From Somniosus microcephalus (Eukaryota): DNA of 64,000 bases. The notes under the pieces are model-generated. The model saw only the letters and a list, made by a program, of their open reading frames with translations, was not told where the DNA came from and did not search any database. The stretch covers positions 317,998,001 through 318,062,000 of the forward strand of contig CM126204.1 of NCBI GenBank assembly GCA_052327205.1, read 5' to 3'. The position numbers were made by a program, and so were the translations under genes. Below, piece by piece: positions 25,796-37,612 of the stretch (positions within the stretch are counted from its first letter, which is position 1; every line of letters starts with the position of its first letter).

Positions 25796-28700
25796 TGAAA
25801 TGAAGAGTAGCTTGCCTTTCAAAAGCTAGGCTTTATTAACCTTAAAAAACCAGCAGTACATGTTAAGCACCCAGTCTCAACCAAACTGTAGAGAACTGAA
25901 TTTAAAATGGCCACCACAGGTCACATGGAATCAACTAACCAATAAGTTTACAGCATATATCTCAAGGCAGGAAAACAGGCAACCAATTACAATGCTTCTT
26001 ATAAAACAAGGATAATCACCACATTCACCCCTCCTTTTAAAATATACTTCAACCTAGGTAGCCTTTACAGTTTACAATTAGTTATTTATGACTAGAGCAA
26101 TACATGTATAATGCCTTCAACAATTTTAAAATTTTACTATTAAATTATTAATTATTTTAAAAGTCCATTTTTAATCGGTCGACTGGATATCTTGTTCGTG
26201 TCGACCTTCTTAACCTTGGTGGAGTTCCTTGCCCTCCCACACCAGGAGACACAGAAATATCTTCTGCAGGGAGGCTATCAATATCCCGATTATCAACGGT
26301 TTCCGGATTGGAAGTCCCATTAGAAGGTAGACTGGGAGGGTCATGAACATCCATCGGGGGCAGACTGAGAGAATTGTAAGTGTCTGCAATAGGATTGGAA
26401 ATGTTCGTAGTATCTGTGACGACATCAACATTATCTGAATTATGGCTATTGTTAATGTCCTCAGGAGAGGGCTGGCCACCACAAGGAGCTAAGTCTTTAA
26501 CTGAAACCGTACTTTCTTTCCCATCTTGGAATCGAATATGAGCATATTGGGAATTTGCCTCCAATAGCTCCACCTCCTCCACTAAAGGATCATACTTTGA
26601 CAGTCTAACATGGCGTCGGAGCAGCACAGGTCCCTGCATAGTAAGCCATGAAGGTACCGAATATCCCGTAGAGGATCTCCGCGGATAGTTGAAGAGCCTT
26701 TCATGGGGGGTCACATTAGTAGCCGTTGAAAGCAATGATCTAATGGAATGCAGGGCATCAGGCAGTACCATTTCCCACTGTGTATTCTTAAGGTTCCGGG
26801 ATGTCAAAGCCAACATAACTGCCTTCCAGATCACCCCATTTTATCGTTCGCACTGTCCATTACCCTGGGGATTATATGGGGTAGTTCTGCTAGTAGAAAT
26901 TCCCCGACTCTGGAGGTATTCCTTCAACTGGGAAGACATAAAAGAACTTCCCTGATCCGAATGGATATACGCAGGCATCCCAAAGATGACAAAAAGTTGA
27001 GTCAGACATTTAATAACTGTAGCAGCTGATACATCTGCACAAGGAAAAGCAAAAGGGAACCTTGAAAACTCATCCACAACAGTAAATATATATCGATTCT
27101 GAGTCGTTGAAGGAAGAGGCCCCTTAAAATCAACGCTCAGGCGTTCAAAGGGAGAAGTAGCCTTTATAAGATGAGCTCGTTGAGGCTTAAAGAAATTCGG
27201 TTTACACCGGGCGCAGACAGAGCATGACGAAGTCATCCGCTTGATGTCTTCAACTGAAAAGGGCAAATTCTTACTGCGTACGAAGTGTATCATCCTCGTA
27301 ACACCAGAATGGCACAAAGCATTATGAAGATTAATAAGCGTATCTCCGTGAAGCACAGAACAATAAGCCCTCGACAGCGCATCAGCGGCAACATTATCCT
27401 TCCCCGGACGATAGACTATATCAAAATGATAGCATGCCAACTCGATCCTCCACCTCATTATTTTATCATTCTTAATCTTTCCGAAATGTTTGACATCAAA
27501 CATGAAGGACACAGATTTTTGGTCAGTTACTAACGTAAAATGTCGCCCAGATAAATAATGTCTCCATTTACGCAGTGCTTCTACTATTGCGTACGCCTCT
27601 TTCTCTATTGATGAATGTCTCTGCTCACTATTGCTCAGAGTACATGAGAAAAAGGCCACAGGTCTTCCATTTTGGTTCAGGGTAGCCCCAATTGCAAAAT
27701 CGGAAGCGTCTGTCTCAATCACAAAGGGAACCTGCTCATCAATAGAATGCACAACTGCTCCAAGGATATCCTTTTTAAGATTATCAAAACACATCCTAGC
27801 CTCCCATGATAGAGGATATGTCGTAACCCGAATAAGGGGCCGGATCTTCTGCGAGAAGTTTGCAATCCAATTAGAATAATAAGAAAACAGTCCAACAACT
27901 CGTTGCAAGGCCTTAGAATTAGTAGGGCAAGGTAACTCAATCAGTGGTCGCAGCCGTTCTGGATCTGGTTTAATCTTGTTTCCCGAGATAATATACCCCA
28001 GTAAATTTACCTCGGTGGTTGAAAAGATACACTTCTCTTTATTGAAAGTTAAGCCAACTTTTTCTGCAACTTGAAGGAATCTTTCTAGATTAAAATCGTG
28101 CTCCACCCTTGATTTGCCACACACTGTGATGTCATCTAAATATGAGAAGGTGTCAGAGAGAGAGTTATCACTTATAAAAGCATCCATTGCCCGTTGAAAA
28201 CAGGCGACACCGTTAGTAACACCGAATGGTACTTGGCAAAACTGGTACAGCTTTCCGCCAGCTTCAAAGGCCGAATATGGTTTGTCCCTCTTAGCGATAG
28301 GAATCTGATGATAAGCACTCTTTAGGTCAATAGTGCTAAAAACCTTATATTGAGATACTTTATTGATAAGCTCATCAATCTTAGGCAGGGGGTACGCATC
28401 TAATTGAGTATACCTGTTAATAGTTTGAGAGTAGTCTATCACCATTCGCTTCTTATGTCTCTCATTAGTGGTGACAACTACCTGTGCCCGCCAGGGCGAA
28501 AAACTAGGTTCAGGTATACTCAATTAGATGCATACCCCCTGCCTAAGATTGAAGATTAAGGTTAATAAATTGAAATGAAGAGTAGCTTGCCTTTCAAAAG
28601 CTAGGCTTTATTAACCTTAAAAAAACAGCAGTACATGTTAAGCACCCAGTCTCAACCAAACTGTAGAGAACTGAATTTAAAATGGCCACCACAGGTCACA

Positions 28701-28798
28701 TGGAATCAACTAACCAATAAGTTTACAGCATATATCTCAAGGCAGGAAAACAGGCAACCAATTACAATGCTTCTTATAAAACAAGAATAATCACCACA
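25796..28798 (-). mobile_element. Internally deleted Gypsy LTR element (Gypsy-B; RT-RNase H-IN only)
   Basis: 228-bp TG..CA LTRs at 25796-26023 and 28571-28798; TSD attat; PPT at 26024; PBS, gag and PR absent. Confidence 0.93.
26157..28510 (-). pseudogene. Gypsy pol fragment (RT, RNase H, integrase)
   Basis: IDLKSAYHQ, YLDD, TDAS, SVDFKGP, HSDQG, NGQCER; stop codon at ~26841. Confidence 0.9.
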
Positions 28799-28917
28799 AT
28801 TATATTGGGTGCTTTACCTTCTAAAAGATATACTTGGCTTGGAAAACATCCAGCATAATTCACCAGCATAATACCAGGGGTTAATCAATGTAGCTATAAT
28901 GAGACTGGATAAACGTG

Positions 28918-28947
28918 TAGGGTAAGGGGTAAGGGGTAAGGGGTAAT
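28918..28947 (+). repeat. (GGGGTAA)n microsatellite, G4-capable
   Basis: Four G4 tracts separated by taa. Confidence 0.8.
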
Positions 28948-30542
28948 CTGACTGGGGTACTTAAAATAGTGAAATACATTATAAGGTGAATGGAACAATT
29001 CTCTCCTCTAATAGAGGAAACTAGAGCATGGGGACATATTCTTAAAATTTAAACTAAGCTGATTAAAAGTGAATCCAGAAAAAAAATCTTCACACAAAAG
29101 ATTGTGGGAGTCTGAAATGCACTGCATATTCCTGTTCCTATGTTCCTATAACCTTCGTGTATCAGTGTAAAACAGTGTCACCATATTATTCCACTATGGC
29201 TCGACTGGCTGGCCCCAAGTAAAGGTCCCTGAAAGCACAGATGGTCAGAAATGGGTTAGATGGACACATGCATAATCATGTTATTATGTATATAGAAAGA
29301 GGATGGAGTGTAGGTTGTAAACTGCAGCTATCCAGCTCACCATCACAATTAATGACCCCTTATACATTTTGGCAATACCTTGGAAAAGGGAACTGAAATA
29401 ATACACAGGAGATGATACACAGGTTATATATGTGCATTATATAGGAGGGGGGGATATTAAAAATGATGGCACGAGACAGGGAACTCTGACTTTCCAGCAG
29501 AACAGGCCCACTAAAATATGAATATGTCTTTTGGGGGCATTTTACCTGCCTCTGCGTGATACCTCAGCTTCTTCTTGTACTGAGGTATAAGCCCTGGTCT
29601 CGTACCTTTTAGCTGTAGCCATGAATAAATTATTCAGCTTGCTAGTTTATTAGCGATTTAAGAAGGGAGACTAAGCTTAGTATCTTGGTCATAGCCAGTG
29701 TAGCTCCCTTCCACTGCCACTGAAAAACAATGTGGACAGCAAATTGCCTCAGGCTCTCAGTGGGATGTAGGCTTCACATATTCTTTTGATGTCCCGTTGT
29801 TTTCAATAACTGTAAAAATCACCACAGAAGCTCTTTCCATTGCTCACTAACTTCCATGAAGCACATTATAACACAAATATCACATCCTCTGTACACTTTT
29901 TCCCATTTATTCTTAAATGTAAATCATATTCCATATAAAAATAATAGGGGTACATCATAAAAGCAATACAGAACTGCAGTGTTTCGGGACCTCGAGCAGT
30001 CATGGAAAGGGTCTTATTGCTCTCAGGCCCGTTCTCCAATACTATAGTGATCAGTTGGTATTTTATTATATATATATGTATATATATTTTAAGTTCAGTC
30101 AGATAATGCAGCATTTGAGAATGACTCCAAAGCTCTCAATAATAAAGTTCATCCAATAGAGTAGCATCATTTCTTGCTGACATTGTACTGTTAAGTAAAT
30201 AACAGGATTCCCTGTTTTAAGGCAGATTAAGACCCTGTAGAATATAGTCTGTTCCTAGGTATATCCTATCAAATCCACTGAATGCATGAGTCATCTCCTG
30301 AATGAGATTAATGGACAGGTGGATGGACTGTGCATCTGTCAGCACAATCTAATTAAAGCACTGACACACTGCCCCATGGCAGAAAAAACTGAGCCTATTC
30401 AGAGTGTTCTAGAAAGCAGCAGCATCTGCTTCATATTATTACTTTTCAGTAATATTCTCTCTTTTGGTTTCTGATATTGTTTAGTTGAACTGCCAATCTG
30501 TTTCTAGCTTTAAAATGTTAAGGGCAGTATAATGGAAACTAT

Positions 30543-31224
30543 AGCCCTGATGTTAACTCGGGGCGGGAATCAGGAGAGCAGGAGCTGAAGTTGGAGGTAA
30601 GCCATCCGTCCGCCCCCCCAGAGCTGGAGGACCGGGAGATTTTAACTCCCGGGCCTCATTTCCATGCTCCAATATTGACTCTCACCCAAAGCCGACAGGA
30701 ATGACATCACACCGGGGACGGGGGGAAGGGCAGGAGTCGAAATTCATGAGGGGTGGGAGCTTAGGCCACCACTGGGGACTGACAGAAACAGTCCCTGGCA
30801 AAGTATGTCCACGGCTGGGGGAGGTGGGGAAGCCCAGGGCAGGAGATGCCTGCTCTTCCTTGCTCACAAGGAACCTTTAAAAAGTAAAAAAATATTAACT
30901 TACATGGGCCTCCAGTGGCCAGGATCCTGCCTGCTTGATGGCAGGCTTGAGACTGTGCGGGCCTTAGTCGGCCCCGCAGTTAAAATGGCGTGCACCTCCT
31001 GATGATGTAATTGGGACACGACTTTGCCATTTGAATTAGGCCCCCGCACCTCTGGGTGTGAGACGGAGCAGGAAAAGTGAGTGGAGCGGCCGGAGGAGAG
31101 GCTTTCCGTGCCTGAATTTGAGCAAGTTAAGGTGGAGGTGCCGGAAATGTGCCAGAAAGCCTCATGTCATCGTAGCACCCCACCCGTGCTGTTCCCGACG
31201 GGCGAGGAGGTTAAAATCAGTCCT
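30543..31224. mobile_element. Degenerate non-autonomous DNA transposon
   Basis: GC-rich island bounded by imperfect inverted ends ccctgatgttaact / ggttaaaatcagtcc. Confidence 0.55.
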
Positions 31225-31932
31225 TATAACACTGGGAGAGATGAAAAGACACTGGCCATGATAATGAGTTTGATATTTGTGTCTGTCTAGTTTTGTTGGC
31301 ACCATCAATGGCAGCCTTCCTATAATCTGTATATTTAAACTGTCACTGCTGCACCTTTCCCAAGAGCTTACTGTGTAAAAGCAGCTGACTGGAACGTTTT
31401 TGTTCCAAAGAATGACCAAAGGGTCCCATTAAGCTCATATTAAAGCATCCAAATGATGTTTCTGAGTCAAAGGTACAAGTTGTGTGCAGCGTGATTGCAC
31501 GTTGGAGCTTCAGCATGTTGTGCCAGTGATTGTTTGAACACAGAAGCTTGATTACAATTCCCGACATTGATTATTTCCCGTCTCAGCTGCACCACGAAAA
31601 TTAAACTGCAATCCGGGGCAGGTGCTTCCCTACAAAGAGAAAGAAGGACAGACAACTTAGGGCACCAAAGTATGTCTCTTGGTGGCCAAAGATAATACTC
31701 TGACAGTCCTCGGTGCTGGCTGCCTGGCCATGCTCTCAGCCAGTTCATACACAACACAGGATAGAAAAGGAAAGAAAATATATCAAAAATAACTTCAAAG
31801 TTTGCAAATTTACATTTGACTAATTTCTACAGGTCTTTGTGAGTTTGGGATCAGATTCTCCCTTTCCCTCAATTTCTCCCCTCATGTCTTGTCTGAAAGA
31901 AAAGAACTTGCATTTATAAACAACTTGCATTT

Positions 31933-34900
31933 AGGACATAAGGTATGGAGTAAAAAGTAAAGTACTAAAAAGGGAAAAAACAGGAACTAAGTGTTACAAA
32001 ACATATTTGAAAGTTCTTTATCTGAATGCACGTAGCATTCGTAACAAAATGAATGAGTTAACAGCACAAATAACGACATATGGGTATGATCTTGTGGCCA
32101 TTACAGAAACATGGCTGCAGGGCAACCATGACTGGGAATTAAACATACCAGGTTATTTAACAATCAGGAAGGACAGGCAGGAAGGGAGAGGAGGTGGGGT
32201 GGCTATGTTAATAAAGGAAGGAATCACTATAATACAGAGAAATGAAATTGGGTCAAAGGAGCAGGATAGTGAAACAGTTTGGGTGGAGATAAGGAATAAT
32301 AAGGGGAAAAAAACACTAGTGGGCGTAGTCTATAGGCCTCCGAACAGTTGCAACTCTGTTGGACGGAGTATTAATCAGGAAATAGCTGAGGCTTGTAATA
32401 AGGGAACAGCTATAATTATGGGGGATTTTAATTATCATATTAACTGGACAAATCAAATTGGGCAGAGCAGCCTTGAGGATAAGTTCATTGAGTGTATTAG
32501 GGATGGGTTTCTTGAGCAGTATGCAACTGAACCGACCAGGGGGCAAGCAACCTTAGATTTGGTCCTGTGTAATGAGGCAGGATTAATTAAAAATGTCCTA
32601 GTAAAGGATCCCCTTGGAGTGAGTGACCATAACATGGCTGAGTTCCATATTCAATTAGAGAGTGAGAAGGTTGGATCTCAAACAAGCGTGCTGAGCTTGA
32701 ATAAAGGAGACTATGAAGGTATGAGAGCGGAATTGATTAGAGTGGACTGGGATAATAGATTAAAGGGCAAGACGGTACATGATCAATGGTGTACATTTAA
32801 GGAGTTATTTTACAACTTCCAAAAAATATATATTCCACTGAGGAAAAAAGGGTGTAAAAGAAAAGATAGCCATCCGTGGCTAAGTAAAGTAATTAAGGAT
32901 AGTATCCGACTAAAAACAAGGGCATATAAGGTAGCCAAATCTAGTGGGAGGATGGAAGATTGGGAAGTCTTTAAAAGACAGCAAAAAATAACTAAAAGAT
33001 TGATTAAGAAAGGGAAGATAGATTATGAAAGTAAATTAGCAAAAAATATAAAAACAGACAGTAAAAGTTTCTATAGTCATATAAAAAGAAAAAGGGTGGC
33101 TAAAGTAAATGTTGGTCCCTTAGAGGATGAGACCGGGAAATTAATGGTGGGAAACATGGAGATGGCAAAAACACTGAACAATTATTTTGTATCAGTCTTT
33201 ACAGTAGAGGACACTAAGAATATCCCAACACTGGACAAACAGGGGGCTCTAGGGGGGGAGGAACTAAATACGATTAAAATCACTAAGGAAGTGGTACTTG
33301 GTAAAATAATGGGACTCAAGGTGGATAAATCCCCTGGACCTGATGGCTTGCATCCTAGCGTCTTGAGGGAAGTAGCGGTAGGGATTGTGGATGCATTGGT
33401 AATAATTTTCCAAAACTCACTGGACTCAGCAAAGGTCCCGGCAGATTGGAAAACTGCTAATGTAACACCCTTATTTAAAAAGGGTAGTAGGCAGAAGACT
33501 GGAAACTATAGACCTGTTAGCCTAACATCTGTGGTTGGTAAAATGTTAGAGTCCATTATTAAGGAGACAGTAACGGGACATTTGGATAAACATAATTTAA
33601 TAGGACAAACTCAGCATGGTTTCATGAAGGGGAAGTCATGTTTGACAAATTTGCTGGAGTTTTTTGAGGAAGTAACATACAGGGTGGATAAAGGGGAACC
33701 AGTGGACGTAGTGTATTTACACTTCCAAAAGGCATTTGACAAGGTGCCACACAAAAGATTATTGTTCAAGATAAAAAATCACGGGATTGGTGGTAATATT
33801 CTGGCGTGGGTGGAGGATTGGCTCTCTAACAGAAAGCAGAGAGTTGGGATAAATGGTTCGTTCTCAGATTGGCAACCAGTAACCAGTGGTGTTCCGCAGG
33901 GGTCAGTGCTGGGTCCCCAACTCTTTACAATCTATATTAACGATTTGGAGGAGGGGACCGAGTGTAACATATCAAAGTTTGCAGATGATACAAAGATGGG
34001 ACGGAAAGTAGTGAGTGAGGAGGACATAAAAAACCTGCAAGGGGACATAGACAGGCTAAGTAAGTGGGCAGAGATTTGGCAGATGGAATACAATACTGGA
34101 AAGTGTGAGGTTATGCACTTTGGCTGGAAAAATCATAGAGCAAGTTATTATCTTAATGGCAAGAAACTGGAAAGTACTGTAGTACAAAGGGATCTGGGGG
34201 TCCTGGTGCACGAAACTCAAAAAGTTAGTATGCAGGTGCAGCAAGTGATCAAGAAGGCCAATGGAATGTTGGCTTTTATTGCTAGGGGGATGGAATATAA
34301 AAACAGGGAGGTATTGCTGCAGTTGTACAAGGTATTGGTGAGACCGCACCTGGAATACTGCATACAGTTTTGGTGTCCATACTTAAGAAAAGACATACTT
34401 GCTCTCGAATCAGTACAAAGAATGTTCACTCGGTTAATCCCGGGGATGAGGGGGTGGTCATATGAGGAGAGGTTGAGTAGATTGGGACTCTACTCATTGG
34501 AGTTCAGAAGAATGAGAGGCGATCTTATTGAAACATATAAGATTGTGAAGGGGCTTGATCGGGTGGATGCGGCGAGGATGTTCCCAATGATGGGTGAAAC
34601 TAGAACTAGGGGGCATAATCTTAAAATAAGGCGATGCTCTTTCAAAACTGAGATGAGGAGAAACTTCTTCACTCAGAGGGTGGTAGGTTTGTGGAATTTG
34701 CTACCCCAGAAAGCTGTGGAAGCTACATCATTAAATAAATTTAAAACAGAAATAGATAGTTTCCTAGAGGTAAAGGGAATTAAGGGTTACGGGGAGCGGG
34801 CAGGAAATTGGACATGTGTCTAGGTTCGGAATGGTCATGGCCCTGTGGGTAGTGGAGTGGGCCCAGGGGCCGTGTAGCCTGGTTCTGCTCCTACTGTGTT

Positions 34901-35260
34901 CTAATTCTGTGTTAGATTTCAGGAGATGGTTTTATTCCTGTTCCTGGCTGGGGTGGAGATCGCCTTTACAGAAGGTAAGTACTGTAGAAAATATAGGGAC
35001 AGAGTGATCTCCTGGAAGAATTTCGATCGCCTAGATGGGTCGGAGAGGAATTTCCCAGATTTTTTTCTCCCAAATTGGCCATTGGGTCTTTATCTGGTTT
35101 TTCGCCTCTCCCGGGAGATCACATGGGTTCGGGTGGATGCAGAGTGATAGAAGATTTGAGGTTAGGATCAGATCAGCCATGATCTTATTGAATGGTGGAG
35201 CAGGCTCGAGGGGCCGATTGGCCTACTCCTGCTCCTATTTCTTATGTTCTTATGTTCTTA
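31933..35260 (+). mobile_element. Young CR1 (HER1-like) LINE with an extended 3' UTR
   Basis: Splits an aacttgcattt|atatagcgccttt L2/SINE tail; ends in (ttcttatg)n. Confidence 0.9.
32007..34823 (+). CDS. CR1 ORF2 (APE endonuclease + reverse transcriptase), open 938 aa
   Basis: YLNARSI, ITETW, GDFN, SDHN, QGSVLGP, KFADD; RT motif A reads YLHFQKAFD instead of YLDFQKAFD. Confidence 0.92.
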   Translation: MKVLYLNARSIRNKMNELTAQITTYGYDLVAITETWLQGNHDWELNIPGYLTIRKDRQEGRGGGVAMLIKEGITIIQRNEIGSKEQDSETVWVEIRNNKGKKTLVGVVYRPPNSCNSVGRSINQEIAEACNKGTAIIMGDFNYHINWTNQIGQSSLEDKFIECIRDGFLEQYATEPTRGQATLDLVLCNEAGLIKNVLVKDPLGVSDHNMAEFHIQLESEKVGSQTSVLSLNKGDYEGMRAELIRVDWDNRLKGKTVHDQWCTFKELFYNFQKIYIPLRKKGCKRKDSHPWLSKVIKDSIRLKTRAYKVAKSSGRMEDWEVFKRQQKITKRLIKKGKIDYESKLAKNIKTDSKSFYSHIKRKRVAKVNVGPLEDETGKLMVGNMEMAKTLNNYFVSVFTVEDTKNIPTLDKQGALGGEELNTIKITKEVVLGKIMGLKVDKSPGPDGLHPSVLREVAVGIVDALVIIFQNSLDSAKVPADWKTANVTPLFKKGSRQKTGNYRPVSLTSVVGKMLESIIKETVTGHLDKHNLIGQTQHGFMKGKSCLTNLLEFFEEVTYRVDKGEPVDVVYLHFQKAFDKVPHKRLLFKIKNHGIGGNILAWVEDWLSNRKQRVGINGSFSDWQPVTSGVPQGSVLGPQLFTIYINDLEEGTECNISKFADDTKMGRKVVSEEDIKNLQGDIDRLSKWAEIWQMEYNTGKCEVMHFGWKNHRASYYLNGKKLESTVVQRDLGVLVHETQKVSMQVQQVIKKANGMLAFIARGMEYKNREVLLQLYKVLVRPHLEYCIQFWCPYLRKDILALESVQRMFTRLIPGMRGWSYEERLSRLGLYSLEFRRMRGDLIETYKIVKGLDRVDAARMFPMMGETRTRGHNLKIRRCSFKTEMRRNFFTQRVVGLWNLLPQKAVEATSLNKFKTEIDSFLEVKGIKGYGERAGNWTCV

Positions 35261-35312
35261 TATAGCGCCTTTAGCATAGTAACACGTCCCAAGATGCTTC
35301 ACAGGTGAGATT

Positions 35313-36073
35313 GGCCCAGAAATTCGGGTCGGGGGCTTCCCGCGGGTGCAAGCCCCCGACCTGCACTTACCTAGCGCACCGGCCGTTGTGCTGTGGGCCC
35401 GCATGGGATTCCGATCCTGGGTCTGCTCCAACTGCCGGCACGTAGTGCTTGCGTATCCCAGGGGTGCAGTTAGTTCAAAGCATCCGCTGGGATCACGTGG
35501 GCCATGGAGAGCCAATGGTAGCAGGGAATGTGTATTCATAGATTTGACAGGAAGACCTGTCAAATCCATGAATACAGTTCAGCCCCAAAACCTAACTAAA
35601 ACTTCAAATAATTTTTTTTTAAATCACATTTTTAAAATAACTATAAATTACATAAAATAACTATTTTAAACAATAATTTAAATTTTTGAAAACATTTATT
35701 ACAGTTTCTAACGGGGCTAAAAATAAACTGACCTTTCTTTAAAGTATTTAAAAATAATAAACCTGTGGAAAAAATGTTTTAATTTTACTTAATTCACCAC
35801 TTACCTTGTTAAAAGCAGGCCTGGCGACTGCTTTTTAGAAGCGTAGCTCCTGGAGACTTACCCTCTCGGAGAACCCTTCAAAAAAACGAAAGGTCCAGGC
35901 GTACGCGCTGCCCCTCCGGTGCACGCGTTCGACCTGTGAACGCCTTCCTTTAAGAGAACGGAAGTTCCGGTTTCCCGCGCAAGCGCAGTGCATGCACATA
36001 ACAGGCACTTTTGTTGGGCCTACGCGTGAGTACCCAGCACGTACTCACCCGTGGGGACCCGAAGTTCTGGCCC
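35313..36073. mobile_element. Harbinger-type MITE, copy 3 (opposite orientation to copies 1 and 2)
   Basis: ggcccagaaattc start after att; reverse-complement homology to 11538-12299; right TIR degenerate. Confidence 0.88.
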
Positions 36074-36316
36074 TATTAAATTAATATCAAACAAAATTTG
36101 ACACCGAGCCACAAAAGGAGATTTTGGGCAGGTGACCAAAAACTTGGTCAAAGAGGTAGGTTTTAAAGTGCGTCTTAAAGGAGGAAAGAGAGGTAGTGAA
36201 GAGGAGAGGTTCCAGTCAGAGCACTCAAACCTCACCCCCGCCCCCCATTAACCCTATAATTACTGCAGTAAAATGCTTTGGGACATCCTGAGGTTGTGAA
36301 AGGTGCTATATATGCC

Positions 36317-36953
36317 TTTGTTACCTCTAGATTTGACTATTCAAACGCAATCCTGCCCGGACTCCTACCTTCCACATCCATAAACTTAAGCTCATCCAAA
36401 ACTCTGCTGCCCGTATCCTAACTGATCAGCCATGATCTATTGAATAGCAGAGCAGGCTCAAGGGGACGTATGGCCTACTCCTGCTCCTATTTCTTATGTT
36501 CTAATGTAACTCGCACCAAGTCCCGTTCACCCATCACCCCTGTGCTCGCTGACTTACATTGGCTCCCGGTTGAGCAAAGCCTCGATTTTAAAATTCTCAT
36601 TCTTATCTCTGTAACCTCCTCCAACCCGCCAACCCTCCAAGATCTCTGCGCTCCTCCAAATCTGGCCTCTTGCACATCCCCGATTTTAATCACTCCACCA
36701 TTGGTGGCTGTGCCTTCAGCTGCTGAGGCCCTAAGTATAGGAATTCCCTCCTAACACCTTTCCGCCTCTCTACCTCTCTTTCCTCCTTTAAAGCTGCTCC
36801 TTAAAACATACCTCTTTGCCCAAGCTTTTGGTCATTGTCCTAATATCTCCTTATGTGGCTCGGTGTCAAATTTTGTTTGATAACTCTCCTGTGAAGCGCT
36901 TTGGGATGTTTTACTATATTAAAGGTGCTATATAAATACAAGTTGTTGTTGTT
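36317..36953 (+). mobile_element. L2-clade LINE 3' fragment with an ~80-bp CR1 tail inserted (36424-36506, TSD taact)
   Basis: SPITPVLADLHWLPV..DFKIL motif; tail aaaggtgctatataaatacaagttgttgttg. A minus-strand L2 tail also lies at 35261-36215. Confidence 0.8.
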
Positions 36954-37612
36954 GATATAAAGAACCAGATATGCAAAACAACTCTTGTTTTTGTAAAGCT
37001 TCAATTACTCCATTTTATACAGCATTCCTCTTCTTTGCATCCTCATTGTGTTGAAATCAAGGGTCATTGCCTCGTTTCCCACTCAAGACTAATCTTTCCC
37101 AAAATCTCAAAACTATGGAACACTGCCTCCTGCATTCTCCCTTTCCAAGGCATTTAAAGCCAGATTGACATGATCTAATCTTACTTTGTACTTACCACTT
37201 GCCCCAGAAGCAAATGCTAATTTTACATTATTTGGTTGTCCACACAGATTGTTTTTCAAGCTGTGACCTTCATTTTTTTTAATTGTTTTTTTTATGGGAT
37301 GTGGGTGTCGCTGGCAAAGCCAGCATTTATTGCGCATCCCTAATTGCCCTTGAGAAGGTGGCGGTGATCCGTGACAATGAAGGATCGGCGATATATTTCC
37401 AAGTCAGGATGGTGTGTGACTTGGAGGTGATGGTGTTCCCATGCACCTGCTGTCCTTGTCCTTCTAGTTGGAAGAGGTCGCAGATTTGGGAGGTGCTGCC
37501 GAAGAAGCCTTGGTGAGTTGCTGCAGTGCATCTTGTAGATGGTACACACTGCAGCCATGGTACGCCGGTGGTGGAGGGAGTGAATGCTTAAAGTGGTGGA
37601 TGGGGTGCCAAT

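Larger units (their letters stand above)
24190..29150 (+). mobile_element. Highly decayed CR1 LINE hosting later insertions
   Basis: Recognisable pieces (ctaaatgaatattttgc, gcagtttaatgcagcaaagtgagaggt, ttcacacaaaagattgtgggagtctg) and a ttcctatgttcctat tail at ~29130-29148. Confidence 0.65.
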
